Below, in pieces: positions 47,957 through 60,676 of a DNA stretch of 64,000 bases. The notes beneath the pieces are model-generated. The model worked only from the letters and a program-made list of their open reading frames with translations. It did no database searches and was not told the DNA's origin. The DNA lies in NCBI GenBank assembly GCA_030295235.1, contig AP026133.1:372001-436000 (forward strand), given 5' to 3'. Numbering within the stretch: position 1 is the stretch's first letter; every line of letters begins with the position of its first letter. The position numbers and the translations under genes are program-made. Origin of the DNA: Fistulifera solaris. Its lineage: Eukaryota.

Positions 47957-49150
47957 ATGTCGAACGGATCCGGATTTGCCGCCAAGTTGGCCCGTCCTAA
48001 CATTTTGGAGCTTCAGCCGTATCGCTGTGCGAGAGACGATTATTCGGAAGGTATCTTGTTGGACGCCAATGAAAACGCCTGGGGACCTCCAATTGATGCC
48101 CAAGAAATTCTAGAACGTTATCCAGATCCGTATCAGATCCCTCTCAAAGAAAAGATGGCCGCCTTTCGCGGTGAAGGAGTAAAACCTGAGAATATTTTCG
48201 TCGGCGTCGGCTCGGATGAAGCCATCGATCTTCTGTTTCGCATCTTTTGTGTTCCTGGAAAGATAAAGTGATCACGACTCCTCCGACCTACGGTATGTAC
48301 AAAGTCTGTGCCAAGGTGAACGATGTGGAAATTGTCAATGTTCCTTTGACACCGGACTTTGATATCGTTGTCCCGGATGTAAGTCATTTCCAAGTATGTT
48401 GTCGTCCAGTAGACTTGATCGGCTCTCATCGTTGTTTATTATTATTATTGTTATTATTGTAATTATTACTATTAGATCATTGCAGCGCTTACTCCCAATG
48501 TCAAGATGATTTTCTTATGCAGTCCAGGGAACCCCACGGCCAAATCCTTGCCCCTCGAGGACATTGAAGCGGTCGCTCAACAAGCACCCAACGTGCTGGT
48601 TATTGTCGATGAAGCTTACGTTGATTTTTCTCAATCGTCCGCCATTTGTCTGTTATCCAAATATCCCAATGTGTGTGTCTTGCAAACACTCAGCAAAGCC
48701 TTTGGTATGGCGGCGATTCGTTGTGGTTTTTGCTTTGGAGCACCCGATGTCATTCAATTGCTCAACAACGTCAAAGCGCCGTACAATATCAATCAGCTCA
48801 CGAGTAAAATGGCATTACAAGCATTGGAAGAAGACAGTTTGAAGAAATTGCAGAGCAACATTCAGGGAGTTTTGGTGGAACGAGCGGTGGTGGCGGCCGC
48901 TTTGGAACAGTTGGAGTTTGTCGTCAAAGTCTATCATTCCGATGCGAATTTCTTGCTTTTTCGGGTGCAACAGTCGGCCAAGGCCGTTTATCAGTACATG
49001 GCCGATCATTGTGGTGTCGTCAGCCGATATCGCGGCACAGAGTTGCACTGCGATGAATGTATTCGGGTAACTATAGGAACACCGGAAGACAATAAGGCGT
49101 TTCTGGACGCGTTGCAGAAAGCCTATCAAATAGTGACTCAGCAGCAATAA
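47957..49150 (+). CDS. hisC: Histidinol-phosphate aminotransferase
   Basis: PYRCARDDYSEGILLDANEN, GVGSDEAID, PPTYGMY, CSPGNPT, VDEAYVDF, QTLSKAFGMAAIRCG; intron about 48379-48476; frameshift near 48258. Confidence 0.95.
48436..48474. repeat. Imperfect (TTA)n microsatellite in the hisC intron
   Basis: ttattattattattgttattattgtaattattactatta. Confidence 0.85.
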
Positions 49151-49255
49151 TAAGAGAGAGGAATTTTATGACGGCTACCAAAGTATTAATCGAATGTATC
49201 AATGCTTCTATGAGCTTTCTACAAGAATTAAGATTAGTGCGTTTTAAGAGCCTTC

Positions 49256-50092
49256 TCACTTCTCATCGGGCCATCCTTTCTGGACCCGTTGCAGAAGTGC
49301 ACTTTCCTGTTCTTTCCGGAGTTTCTCGCGCTCGACCAAAACCATTTCTTCCTTTTTGGCATTTTCAAAATCGTGTTGAGCTTCTTGTAGCTGCTGTTTC
49401 AGTTTTTCCACCAAGTTTCGTTTCACTTCTTTCTCCGCCTTGGCCGTTTGCGCCTGCACCTTCAGTTCTTGCAGATCCTCCTGCACGGCTTTCAAACAAG
49501 GGATCGCACGACGTCGGCGACCTTTTATAACGGAATCACGATTAGGCGGTGTAACTGTAATGCGATAACTAATCACCTTTTCTCGCATCCAACTGTAGCT
49601 ATTGTCCCATCGAAATGTCAACATGCAAGGGACTGATCCAACGAGAAACTTTTGACTAATTGGTGACTCCACTGCGTTCACTCGAGATGCTTCCTGCGAG
49701 GACGAGTGAGAAACACGACAAAAGAAAACAGCGAGTGATTCGTCAGTGCTTACCTTTACAATGGTGACTCCTTCCTCACGCTCTGCTATAATTTCAAACA
49801 CAACATCGTGGCTCTTCAACTCGACTTCGTAATGAACCATTGACCCGGCAACCGCGATTTGAATTGGGACCTCCAAATCACCTCCTGCCGTAATGGGCAA
49901 ATTGTGGCCTACGTAGGAGGATTCTTCGGCTTTGTACGAAGTAAGCGAAGGCCCGTCAATTTGCTGCAGCAGGGCTTCGATCGTAGGGGCTTTCTGGAGC
50001 AAATTTGATACCATGGCGGCATCGGCGGTCGCCTCGGCCTCGTCTACCGCGCGGGCTTCCGACTCGCTATTCGTGTTCGTTTTATCGGCCAT
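49256..50092 (-). CDS. GOLD-domain protein with C-terminal coiled coil
   Basis: HDVVFEI, LTFRWDNSYSWMREKVISYRI (GOLD signature); 60-nt intron 49694-49753. Confidence 0.85.
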   Translation of the reverse strand: MADKTNTNSESEARAVDEAEATADAAMVSNLLQKAPTIEALLQQIDGPSLTSYKAEESSYVGHNLPITAGGDLEVPIQIAVAGSMVHYEVELKSHDVVFEIIAEREEGVTIVKVSTDESLAVFFCRVSHSSSQEASRVNAVESPISQKFLVGSVPCMLTFRWDNSYSWMREKVISYRITVTPPNRDSVIKGRRRRAIPCLKAVQEDLQELKVQAQTAKAEKEVKRNLVEKLKQQLQEAQHDFENAKKEEMVLVEREKLRKEQESALLQRVQKGWPDEK

Positions 50093-50767
50093 GCTTGAAT
50101 GTTGATGTGCAAGGTGGTATGTGATCCAGTCTTTGCAATGCACGAACCACGCTGCATTGCGAATTTTTCCTCATTCTCTCGAACGTGCAACGGTGTTCGG
50201 CGAGATGTCCTTGTTTACACCGGTCTACTGTCTATAGAGAGTGTAGGCACCCTTTTGGAGTTCTTAGACAATAAATACCGGTAAGATTTTGTCATTTACT
50301 TTACGGTTAAATTGTACTCAAAGTAATTCTTTCAAGAAACCACGACTCATTTCAGTCCTGAATCATGCGATCAGACCGTCGCTTCAATCAAAGTGCATTG
50401 TGCTACCCTTATAAGCCACGTTGAACTGCAAAACGGTTTGATTAGATCCCTCCTATCATCAGTTTCATTCACAGCGAAAGTTTCGATTCATGGCGTCGAA
50501 AGTCGTCACGGATTGATATTTCCGGTGCACTCTTTAGGCAAGTGTAGGCGACCTTTCACCACGACTGCATTTCAGTCATGAATCACCTCCGCCACTCTGG
50601 TAGCTCTAGATGAGCCACTTTTTTGGCTACGACGAGAGGAATGCACGTCTTGAAAATTGACCCTACATGGTACGAGCTTATAGTTTGAACAATGCCACTA
50701 ACAAACAGCCAAGAACACGCTATCATAACAAATTTCGTGACGGAGTATTACCGTTTATTCATGTATT

Positions 50768-53671
50768 TCAAAACATATCATTCATTCCAAGCTTTTCTTG
50801 ACAAAAGGATTCAAATGACATATCCATCGAACTAACTCCGGTTATAGAGTCGTTTTCTAAAGCATCTATTTGCTCTAGTTGCAAGAAACTAAGGTTATCT
50901 CTCTGAAACAGAGCAAAATATCTTAGACGACAAAAGCGGAGAGAATCAAGATTTCTCAAAGACAGCAACTTACCCATGCTAGGTCTAAATCTTTTAGACT
51001 TTCTTCCACAAATGTCTTCGCCTCCATCCATGCTATTCGGGTAGGCTGTAACTGCACCGATTTTAGAACCGCAATGACCATTCGTAAGGCTCGCTTCACG
51101 GCAAACTTCTGTAATGCTTGACGCTCTTCCAAAATTCTGTCGCTTTCCGTAAGGAAAGTGGTGGCTGTCAGCAAGCGCGATCGGTGTGGCCCCAACTTGT
51201 TGAGTTCGATCTGTAATACTTCAATGTACTTTGCGCAACGCTTGGAAATGCCATTCTTTTTTAACTTTTTGCATGGCACTTTCGAATCAGGTTGTGTATC
51301 AGAAGGTACCACGTTGTGTAGTTTGGTGGCGCGCCGACTTGCTAGACTGGTGTCAGTCATTGGTTTCGCTTGGGTAACTGGTCGGGGAGGAGGAGCGGGT
51401 GTATTCAAAATTGGATTGGAGTTAACGCCGGTCAATGTTCGAGCTGACTCGGGTTTGGGCGATGCTTGTTTGGCTGCGTTTTCAATTGTCTTTTGGCCTG
51501 TAGTCTTTTGTGGAATAGTATCATGAGGCTGCGGTGACACCTTTTGCGAGGGACAGGAGGTGACATGGACGAGTGAAAGGCGGATTCGTTTCTCCTTCCG
51601 ACAGTGCCGGCCGTGTGCGAGGCCGTCGACTTCCTTGCAAGCTCCAAAGTCAATGTGTCGTTCGTTTGTTTTAGCGATGCCTGTGGTTCTGCAGTTGCCG
51701 GTGGTCTTTTCTGTGTGAGCGCTGGGTTCTCAGATCGCATGACGGAAGAAAAGTCTTGTTGTGCTTGACCGATACTTTTCAAAATGGAAGCGGCTGCGAG
51801 ATCTTCTAGCATCGCAGTATCGACTCTTGCCTTCTTCTTCCGAGGAACGCTCAAACTGTCATCCTGACAAGCACGCTTTTCAGTATCATTTTTGACGTTT
51901 AACACTTGCTCTCCTCCGCACGAGCTTTTCTTTGATTTCTTTGCAGAAACAAATGGCAATGTTTGCGTTAGTTTTCGAGCGAGTGGACGCAATGCCGAGT
52001 TGGTGGTCTTTTCGGGTGCGAACTTTCGATCCGAGACTTGCGGTGTCACAATAGATTGCTTTACCAACGTCGACAGTGATGGTGTAACGGAAGGGGCCTT
52101 GGATAGTACCTTTAATGAATCGGAACCACTGCTAACGTTGTCATCGTCAGCGTCTGTTGTAGCGAAAGACTTCATGGCAACAGATTCACGTTCTTGGACA
52201 GGAACGGGGCTCTCCTCGGGCGATGATGCCGACGGCAAGCTGAGTGAAGTACCAAGATAACCCCAGAAACGCCCTTCGTGAGATTTTTTCTCCTCCAAAA
52301 TCTGGAATTGGATCTTCCCGACTCCTCGATGACTATCGAATGTGGCGGATACGGCGATCGTAATCCCCTGATACCCGACACGTCGTATCTGCACCTTGCG
52401 CTTCTCAACCTTTTCGACAAAACCCGGCTCGGTCATGGGAAGCAGCGTGGGGTGAACCTGCGATAATTGAAACCATACCAAGGAATCGTCGGCCAACTGA
52501 AGCAAGGCGTGATCGGCATCATTGAACAACGTGGCGACACTGGCGACGGATTGCAAATCTCCGCGACTGCGACGGCGATGGGTGGAAGTTCCGGGCAAAG
52601 CCAGCTCGGTAGCATGACTGAGACGATCGTCCAGATTGACCACCGACAAGGTGTTGAACAAGTGTTCACTTCCACCACACAGGCAAACAGACCCCGCGAC
52701 TCCCAAAGCCGATTCCGTCAATGGAACGTCTTGATACGAAGGACGAGGCAATGGCGTCGTCAACGGCGTGTCGGGACTGTCCATGAGCTTGGCCTGGGCA
52801 TCTCTCAGATCCCATACCTGTACTTTCATATCATCGGACTTGGTCACAGCTTGCAGAAAAGGCTTTTCCTGAAAGTGCAAAATTTGATGGTCGTCCCGTT
52901 TGTGGGCAAATTCATGATGGCTTCAAACAAAGGGTAGGGACGAGTGGAAGTAGGAGGCACAAACCGCCAAACGTGACAATTTTTAATGCCCCGTCCCGTC
53001 AACAACAGATATTGCGATGACCCGGTCGTCGTCGGAACACACGTACAGGCTTCCAATCCTCGCAATTTGGCATCGGAATGCGTGTACACTTTGACGAGAT
53101 CCAATAAATTCCCTGGTTCCGCGGGACGACAAAGTGCGGCTTCCAAATCTCCGACAAAAATGGCCGCCAATTCCATCGATCCTCTTAAGGCCCCCGCAAA
53201 GAACCATTGCGCATCGGGCGAAACATCCACTTGCAGGAGCAAGGATCGATGCACACCCTTGGCTTCCAATTGCACCGCGACGGCTCCAAAACGTTGATGG
53301 GTATACGAACAATGCGTTCCTTTGGTTTGGGCGGAAGTATGATACGGCAACAAGGACGGTTTATACCGACCCGTCATATCAAAGAGACGGACGGTCCCAT
53401 CCGTAAAGGCCACCGAAAGCAATCGGCCCGTCGGTGATAATTGCAAGGCACAGGGTTCAGCGTTCGTACGGAATTGCAACGAATGATTTTGAATGCCGGC
53501 AATGACATGATCAGGTAAGGGAGGCAACGATTTTGACGATTGTGACATCTGAAGAGCCTGTGGAGTAGTCGTCATTATTTCTTTGTCAGTCGACGACTCT
53601 TTGGGTACAGTAATGCAGATCCGAGGCCGTGCGGATGCTGGCGTGGCGACGTTCCGCAATTCTTCATTCAT
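50768..53671 (-). CDS. Large hypothetical protein: WD40-like N-terminus, Ser/Thr/Pro/Lys-rich middle, helical C-terminus
   Basis: LSVAFTDGTVRLFD, CHVWRF, VQVWDL; four ORFs joined by frameshifts near 52870, 51540 and 51010; possible NLS PRKKKAR. Confidence 0.65.
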
Positions 53672-53761
53672 CGTGAAATCGTTGTAATAAACAGTCGTTC
53701 TTCAAATAATAACGATAACGATAGATAGTCTGTGATTCTTTTTGCAGAACAAAGGCAATAC

Positions 53762-53775
53762 TGGTACCGGTACCA
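53762..53775. promoter_or_regulatory. 14-bp GTAC palindrome in the WD-like / NTT divergent promoter
   Basis: TGGTACCGGTACCA. Confidence 0.5.
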
Positions 53776-54305
53776 TATGGATGAATGGTTTAGCTTGTTC
53801 GAAGAAAAAAAAAAGGCGTCCGAACGGGGGCGCTAGGGGTGTTTGTGTAGAGACGCAGTAGGAATTCTACGTTACCAAGCGGGTCAAGGTATTGGTCCTT
53901 GTGTTTTCATTTTGGGCGCGCGAAGGATGGGAACCTTTGAATGAATCACGAGTTCATGTCGTACTAGCAACCAACCAACGACCGCAATGACGCATGTGTT
54001 TCTCGTGACCAGAATGAGAGTCAGTCGTGAATTTGTCGTCATCATCTAAGGCGACGACCGACGACCACCACCACGCCAATCATTTTTGTCGACGTCTGCG
54101 GTTGGTTCGCACTTTCCCACCCGCCCGGTTTTCGAAAAATTTCAATCTATGAAGTAAATAGTACCAACAAAGGATCTGTTTCCGTTGGCCATCTTGCGCC
54201 CATGGTGCGGCGTGGTGGTGTGTTTTTCTCACTCTTTTTTATCTTTTTTTTCTTATTCTTACTTGTTGTTGCGCCTTGTCCTCCCTTGGCTGCACGTTTG
54301 AAAGA

Positions 54306-56002
54306 ATGAAGGCAACATATTTACAAACATTCTCTTTATTGCTTTCGGTGGTGTCGACGGAAGCCTTTGCTCGCTCGGAAGGACGAAGATTACCCTTTCC
54401 TACGATGGCGGGTCACGCCTTGACGACGGGCATTGCTACTCCTGCTACGACGAGTAGTAGTCTGTCGGCGTCCATTGCGACGAGCGATCCAGACATTCCA
54501 TCAAAGATAAACTTACCCCGCTGGAAAGAATTACCGCCCCGGGCCCAATCGGTCGCACTCATGGGGATCGGAATGTCGCTCCATTTTGGTGGTTACGAAT
54601 TCATTCGGAATGCGTGTTTGTCGTTGTTTACTTCGGCGGAATACGGTTTCACGTCGGCGGCGGCCTTTCCGCTCGCCAATGGACTCGTGAGTCCTTTTTC
54701 TGTCTTATTGCTGTACCTTTATGGGAAACAATTGGATCAAGTCGGTCCCCGCGGTGCTCTTTACCGATCGACGGTCGCGTCCATGGTGTTCATTGCCGTA
54801 GCAGCCGCGTCCTTGCAAGCCTTTCGTGTCTTGGCGGCCCCGAAAGCCTGTAGTCAAGCCTTGATTGGTTTGGTCTTTTGTTTCAAAATTCCTATCAATA
54901 CTTACTTTACAGCCAACACTGGTCCTTCGTGACATCCGTATTGACGCCCGAAGAAGGAAGTCGTTGGATTTCGAGGTTGGCGGGGATTATGAGTATTACT
55001 TCGTCCTTGTTGGGACAAACGGCGGCGTTGATGTTGCCGTTTACCGGTCTGATTGGACTTTTAGCGGCCACTTGTGTCACTCTTGTGGGTACCCTTTTAT
55101 GTGCCGACAAGGCCTATGCAGTTGCCAGTCAACATGGATTCGATCCCACCCAATCGAGTCAGAAGAAGAAGAAAAAAGAGAAAGAGACGACTTCTCAGCC
55201 AAATGAAAAGGTCCATCAAAACAAATTCGTTGAAGCCTACCATCTCTTCAAACGTGTTCCCACGCTCGGTGCATTGTTTGTGGAAACGGTCTCCTTTCAA
55301 ACGCTCAGCAACATTCTGAATGTCGCCTTTGTGCAAGCCTTGAAGGTACAAATTCCGAATGATGTCTTACGATCGGCTTACTCGAGTCGTCTCTTTTCCA
55401 TCTCCAATTTTTTGGCGGCCGCTTTTCAATTCCTTATTTTGCCGGCCATCAAGTTTGAACCAAAGACGGTCTGGCGATTCATGCCGCTGGTGCCATTTGC
55501 GGCCTGTCTGACTCTGGCATTGCAGAGTCAATGCTCTCTGGCTCTTTTGGGTGCAGCGTTCGGTGTTATTAAATTGCTGGATTACTCGTTGCGTAATGTT
55601 GTTTACGTGACGGCGTATCAAACTTTGGATTACGAAAGTCGGTATGTGGGCAAGGAGATTGTGAGTGTCCTGGGTAGCCGGTTGGGGAAAAGTGGTGTTT
55701 CGCTCGTCCTTTCCGGTTTGACAGGTTTCGGTTTAACGGGTCTGCCGCAATTGATTCAATTCAGTTTAGCTAGCTGTGGTGTTTGGCAAGCCAGTTCTTG
55801 GTGTCTCAGCAAACTCGTACCAACCCGAGCGGAAGCGCAAGCCATCTTTGAAGAACGTCGTGAGGTAGAGAATGCGGCTCCTGCCGTGGAGAGTAAAAAT
55901 GTTGTGGATAAACTGAAGAATGCCGGGTCGGAACAGGGAGCGAATGGAACCAAGACAGCGGATGATCTGGTTACTTCGGCGCAGGCAAAGAAAGATGACT
56001 GA
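54306..56002 (+). CDS. Nucleotide transporter (NTT/TLC ATP-ADP transporter family), predicted plastid-targeted
   Basis: Leader ending TEA-F; GYEFIRN, QHWSF, KLLDYSLR..AYQTLDYESRYVGKEIVSVLGSRLGKSG; frameshift near 54880. Confidence 0.85.
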
Positions 56003-56089
56003 AGCAACACACTCTCGCTTTCATATTATATGTTTGTGATTGTTTGCAGAAATATTTCCATACTTCACCTAGAAAAAATGTAACGCAGC

Positions 56090-58953
56090 CTAAATCTTAC
56101 TTTCGTCTTCTAGCAGTACGTTTTCCAGTTCGATTTCATTTGAACCAACTGGTGATTCAAAGACTTCTACATTATCCCCATTTCTTGATGCCTTTTCTTC
56201 TAACAAAACATTCAGCTGTGTGCGATACATTTCTTTCACCTCGGCAATATCTTCCTGAAGCGATTGTATTTCAATGGCCATTTCCTCGTTCTCTCGAGTG
56301 AGTTCTTGCACTCTCGTTTCAAATAAAAGAAGCTTCTCCTTTGCGCTTCGTGTCTCGTTCAGTTCCACAGCCATGCGGTCGCGTGCACCTTGTGCTTCAA
56401 CGAGTTGCTTTTTCAAGACACCCAGCTCGACCTTAGCAGCTTTGAGGCGAGACGTTAGTTCTGCTAGCGCAGCAAAACTTCCATGTGCATCTCCCTGTTG
56501 ATTTATGGCCTTGTCCTCGTTGTCTTCGTCTTCTTCGTCACTTCCCAACCCACCGAGTGCTTCGTTCAAAATGTCAAATTGATTGTCGGACTGGCGAAGC
56601 CTTGCTGGCTGGGATGCAGGTATATGTGACGGAAGGGATAGCTGAGGCGGGATAATCATCCCTGCTTTGTCAAGCAGTTCCTCGACCTGCTTTTCTAGAA
56701 GCGAACGTTTCTCCCTTTCTAGTCCCAATTCTCTCCTAATAGACTCTACTTGGATTCGATGGCGCTCCTCGCTTTCCATAACAGTTTGCGACATTTCGCT
56801 GCGCACCTTCGATGCGCCTTCATTCGCCAAGCGCTGGACTTCAGAGTACTCTTCCTTTAGTTTTGTATTCTGTATTTCTAGGTCATGTGCTCTAACTTGA
56901 AGCTCTCGACTCATCTCAATCTGGTCGTCCAGCTTAATTTTCAGCGATTTTAATTCTGTTTCGTATTCCTTCACCGCTCGCTCAGCTCGAGCGTTGCGAG
57001 TTTTAAGATCGCCTTTTTCTTTTTAAAAGCTGCTCGTTTGAAATCACGGTTTCTTCCAGTTGTGACCGGAGAGAACTTTCGATTTCCGCCCAAGCAGCTG
57101 CTCTGCTTCTACTTTGTCGCTCTGCACTCTCTATTTGGCGGAGCAGTGGTGCTGTACTAGACTGAATGTCCATGGATAAGGCATCAGCCCGACGAACGGA
57201 GTCTTGCCACCTCTTTCGTAGTTCTGCAATCTCGTGCCTTAACGCGTCTTCTCTTATTCCAGCTTCACGTTCTGTGGTGTGCAACTTTGTCTCTAGATCA
57301 CTAATCGCGTCATTGTGCTCTTTTCGCATTTTCTTAATTTCGCGTTCCGATTCAATCGAAGCCCCTTGTTGAATTTCGTGCAGTGCAGCTTCTTGGCTCT
57401 TCATATTTTCCTTCAACTCATTTACCTGTTGCTCAAGTAAAAGAATGGTTGCCGCTTTCGTATTGTTCTCTTCGGTAAGATGTCGTAATTCAGCATCAAG
57501 TTTTTCAGCATGACTTTCCCCACGCCTGGCGGAAGATAAGTCATCTTTGGTTCTCTTGAGCTCAGACTCCAAACTCGCAATCTTCTCCAGCGCGGAGTCT
57601 TTCGCTGTCCTTTCATCTTCGAGCTCTTCCCGTAAGTTTCGTGCCTCCCCCCTTGGCTGTGCGTACAGCCTTTTCCATTTCAGCTTGTTTGTGAGCCAAC
57701 TTTTCACCTTCTTCGCGTAAGGCGGCAATAATTTCGGCCTGCTTAGCTGCGTCTTGGTCACCTGCTGTTGATTGACGAGCCAGCTCTTTCAACCGAGCCT
57801 CCATCGCTTCCACGCGTTCTTTCGCTTTTTGAGTACGACGCATGGCTTCCTCTTTTGTACTTGCCACCTTCTGGAGCAACTGTTGCTTTTCACTTTCGAA
57901 CATGGATGTCATTTCAGTCAATTGTTCTGTTTTGTTCATCAATTGTTCCTCTCGTTGTTGTAAAAGCTTGTTCAACTCCTCGATCTGGGCTTCAAGAACA
58001 TGCACACTTTTATCGTTTTCAGCATCCTTACGGCTCCCATCAAGCGGTGGAGGCAAGTCCCCTTCTGTCTGTGACTCTTCATGTTCGGCTATTTTTTCGG
58101 TCACTTCAGTAGCAGGTTGATTATCCGGTGTAGAGGTAGTTATGTCGTTCTGTTCATACTCACTTTGTGCTGGTGTAATGTTATTGACAATTGTTGCTTC
58201 AGCATGCGTAGCTACCGCTATGTTCGAATCCAGCATTTCGGAAAGAGCAACAATCTCGCTCACCTTCTCTAATGGATTATCGTTGTTAAAGGCAGTTTCA
58301 CTGGTATCAATCAAATCAAGTTCATCGTTTCCTGTTCCCCACCCTTCTTCTTGAAGACTTCTATTGTCGATTGATGTCTCAGAATCATCTTTCTGTTCGC
58401 CTTGTGCATTCTCTGCGGATCCGTGGAGATCGATTTCGGCGCTTGTTGTCGTCGATTCGATGGATGCGAATGGGGAGGAGTCCGCTGCTTCGTCCGTGCT
58501 TTTATTTTCATCACTCTTTTCAAGAAACAGTCCTTCATAGGTTGCCTCTTCGTTGTTTTCCAGGACGTCGTCAACGTTTTCATGAATCTCTACCACGTCG
58601 GTGGAATCCGCCAATTTATCAGCGTGTTCGCCAGCATCGTTTTGAGCACTATGATCGCTTACAGTGGTCTCTGACGCATGAAGTGTTGTTCCCTTTTCAT
58701 GATCTTCCTTGATAGACTCTTCTGCCGTGACTTTTTCATCAAAATCATCATCTAGCGCAGCCAAATCATCATTATCACCATCCCATGCATCATTCAAAAT
58801 GTCGTCGTCGTCATCTTCAGCGATCAATTCGGACGTTAATGTCGGTGCATCCGTGATCCCAACACTCTGATTGATCTGCTTGTCTAGTTCTAATGCCGCA
58901 GCTTGGGCTTTGGAGGCCAACTCTTTGCCTTTTTCAAGCCATTCACCCCACAT
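56090..58953 (-). CDS. TMF1: Golgin TMF1/Sgm1 (TATA element modulatory factor) homolog
   Basis: IAALREEGEKLAHKQ, STAPLLRQIES, WAEIESSL, LQEDIAEVKEMYRTQL; long coiled coils; frameshifts near 57645 and 57000. Confidence 0.88.
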
Positions 58954-59533
58954 GTCTTGGGATGTTCAAAACGAGTTATTCACCGCTGGGGTAACCTTGT
59001 ACCTCGAGCGCTTGCTTCTTCCGCTCTACAAAGGACACGAAAGCGCAGGAAGCGATGTTATTTAAGAAGACTCTTCAAAACTTTCACAGTTCCTGATTTA
59101 AATGAACATAAGCAAATACTGGTAAACATGAACTCCTTCAAAGTCAACGCAGTCATTCCGTTACATGATGGCTTGACAACTAAGCTTCCGGGACTGGATA
59201 ACAATTGAGTCACATGAAGCAAATGTTCTCGAAACGCTGTTGCCATATTTTTATACCAACAAACTCATCAAAAACTAATGAGAACGATTAATTCGTCATA
59301 GCATGGCTTGATCTTACTTTGAACACGTTATTGAAGGAATACAACCCCGAACACACATTGATTCATTAAATCAGCGTTGACAGTTGACACTAACCAACAA
59401 ATACGGAAAATGGGTAAAATTATTGTTGATGTCGGTTTGAGTTGTCTACAACAAAAATTTTGGTGGGGGATCTTCTTGTAAATTGATTGGTTCACGGTGA
59501 CAATGAACTGGGCCGACTGATGTCTTGATTGAC

Positions 59534-60676
59534 TTATTTATCTGCCACCACCTCCAGATTACTTGCCGATTTGTCAGTTCGTGAACCAGAGCCATTGAAC
59601 GAGGCCTCGAGATCTGCTATCAATTCGCTCACGCGTTTATCTTTACGTTGGCACACATACACATCGTTTTCCATCTTTGATTTGACTGATAATCGAGATT
59701 CCGAGACGGATTCCCAACTTGGTCGTTTCCTGTGCAAGTCAAACAAAGTCGAACCTCCTGTGACATAAGAGTCGACCGGCGAGATGACAGATGTTCCCTC
59801 CCGATTCGTTTCATCCTCTTGCCATTCCTCGTCCATGGAAAGCTGTCGAGTTTCACAATGCGTTGCTAAACCATGAATAACTAGTGGACTTTTGTTCTCC
59901 TCAAAGGATGTGCGCAAATGCTCTGGTTCTTCAAAGTTAGGTTCAGGTCGATGTCGCTTTTGAACTTTCCGCTCAATTTGGCGTTTTCGGGGAGTTTTCA
60001 TGCACACCAGGAGTAAACCAATCCCTTGCAACGCTCCAGCGACAATGCAGGCGTACGCCGACCAGCCTAGCGTGCAAGATTCCGCTGTGGTGGGAACCGA
60101 TTCAGCTGCAGTCGGAAACCAGATTGGTTGTCTACAAAGCGCAACTTCAACGAAAAGAAACTTCGACCCTTCGCCAATGAAAGCTAGTATAACACAGGGA
60201 AGCAAAAGACTAGGCCACAGGCAGCCTGCTGGGAGTGGAAATACAACGATCGCCCAAGCGATAGCTGCAGCAAGAAAGCCGCTTAAACTTGCGATATGAG
60301 ACATCATCCTAGCTGCTTTCCACGTTTGATCCATTTCAATGATTTCTTTTTCAAAAGTGTTCGAGTAATGATGACAAGAATCATAAACATGACTTAAATA
60401 ATCGCTTCGCTGATCGGACACCCCGGGTCGGTACTGGTAGAAGAAGCCCACTTCGAGCTCACTTTCGTTCCATGCATGGTTGTTTGGTGTAAATCCAACA
60501 TCCACTTCCAGAAAACGACAGTCCATCGATGAGTAAACGGAAATAAGGAAAGCAATTGTAATAATGGGAGCCACCAGTAAGGGATAGAACCCGTACGTGC
60601 AGCAACACTGTCTCCCCATCATCCACGAATTGGCTTGACCACGCGGAGCCGGCAATGATTTTGGCCCGGATGCCAT
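59534..60676 (-). CDS. Four-TM claudin-like membrane protein
   Basis: Four hydrophobic helices with Cys-containing loops (DCRFL..VGFF..C; LC..C.LGWS); polar tail. Confidence 0.7.
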   Translation of the reverse strand: MASGPKSLPAPRGQANSWMMGRQCCCTYGFYPLLVAPIITIAFLISVYSSMDCRFLEVDVGFTPNNHAWNESELEVGFFYQYRPGVSDQRSDYLSHVYDSCHHYSNTFEKEIIEMDQTWKAARMMSHIASLSGFLAAAIAWAIVVFPLPAGCLWPSLLLPCVILAFIGEGSKFLFVEVALCRQPIWFPTAAESVPTTAESCTLGWSAYACIVAGALQGIGLLLVCMKTPRKRQIERKVQKRHRPEPNFEEPEHLRTSFEENKSPLVIHGLATHCETRQLSMDEEWQEDETNREGTSVISPVDSYVTGGSTLFDLHRKRPSWESVSESRLSVKSKMENDVYVCQRKDKRVSELIADLEASFNGSGSRTDKSASNLEVVADK

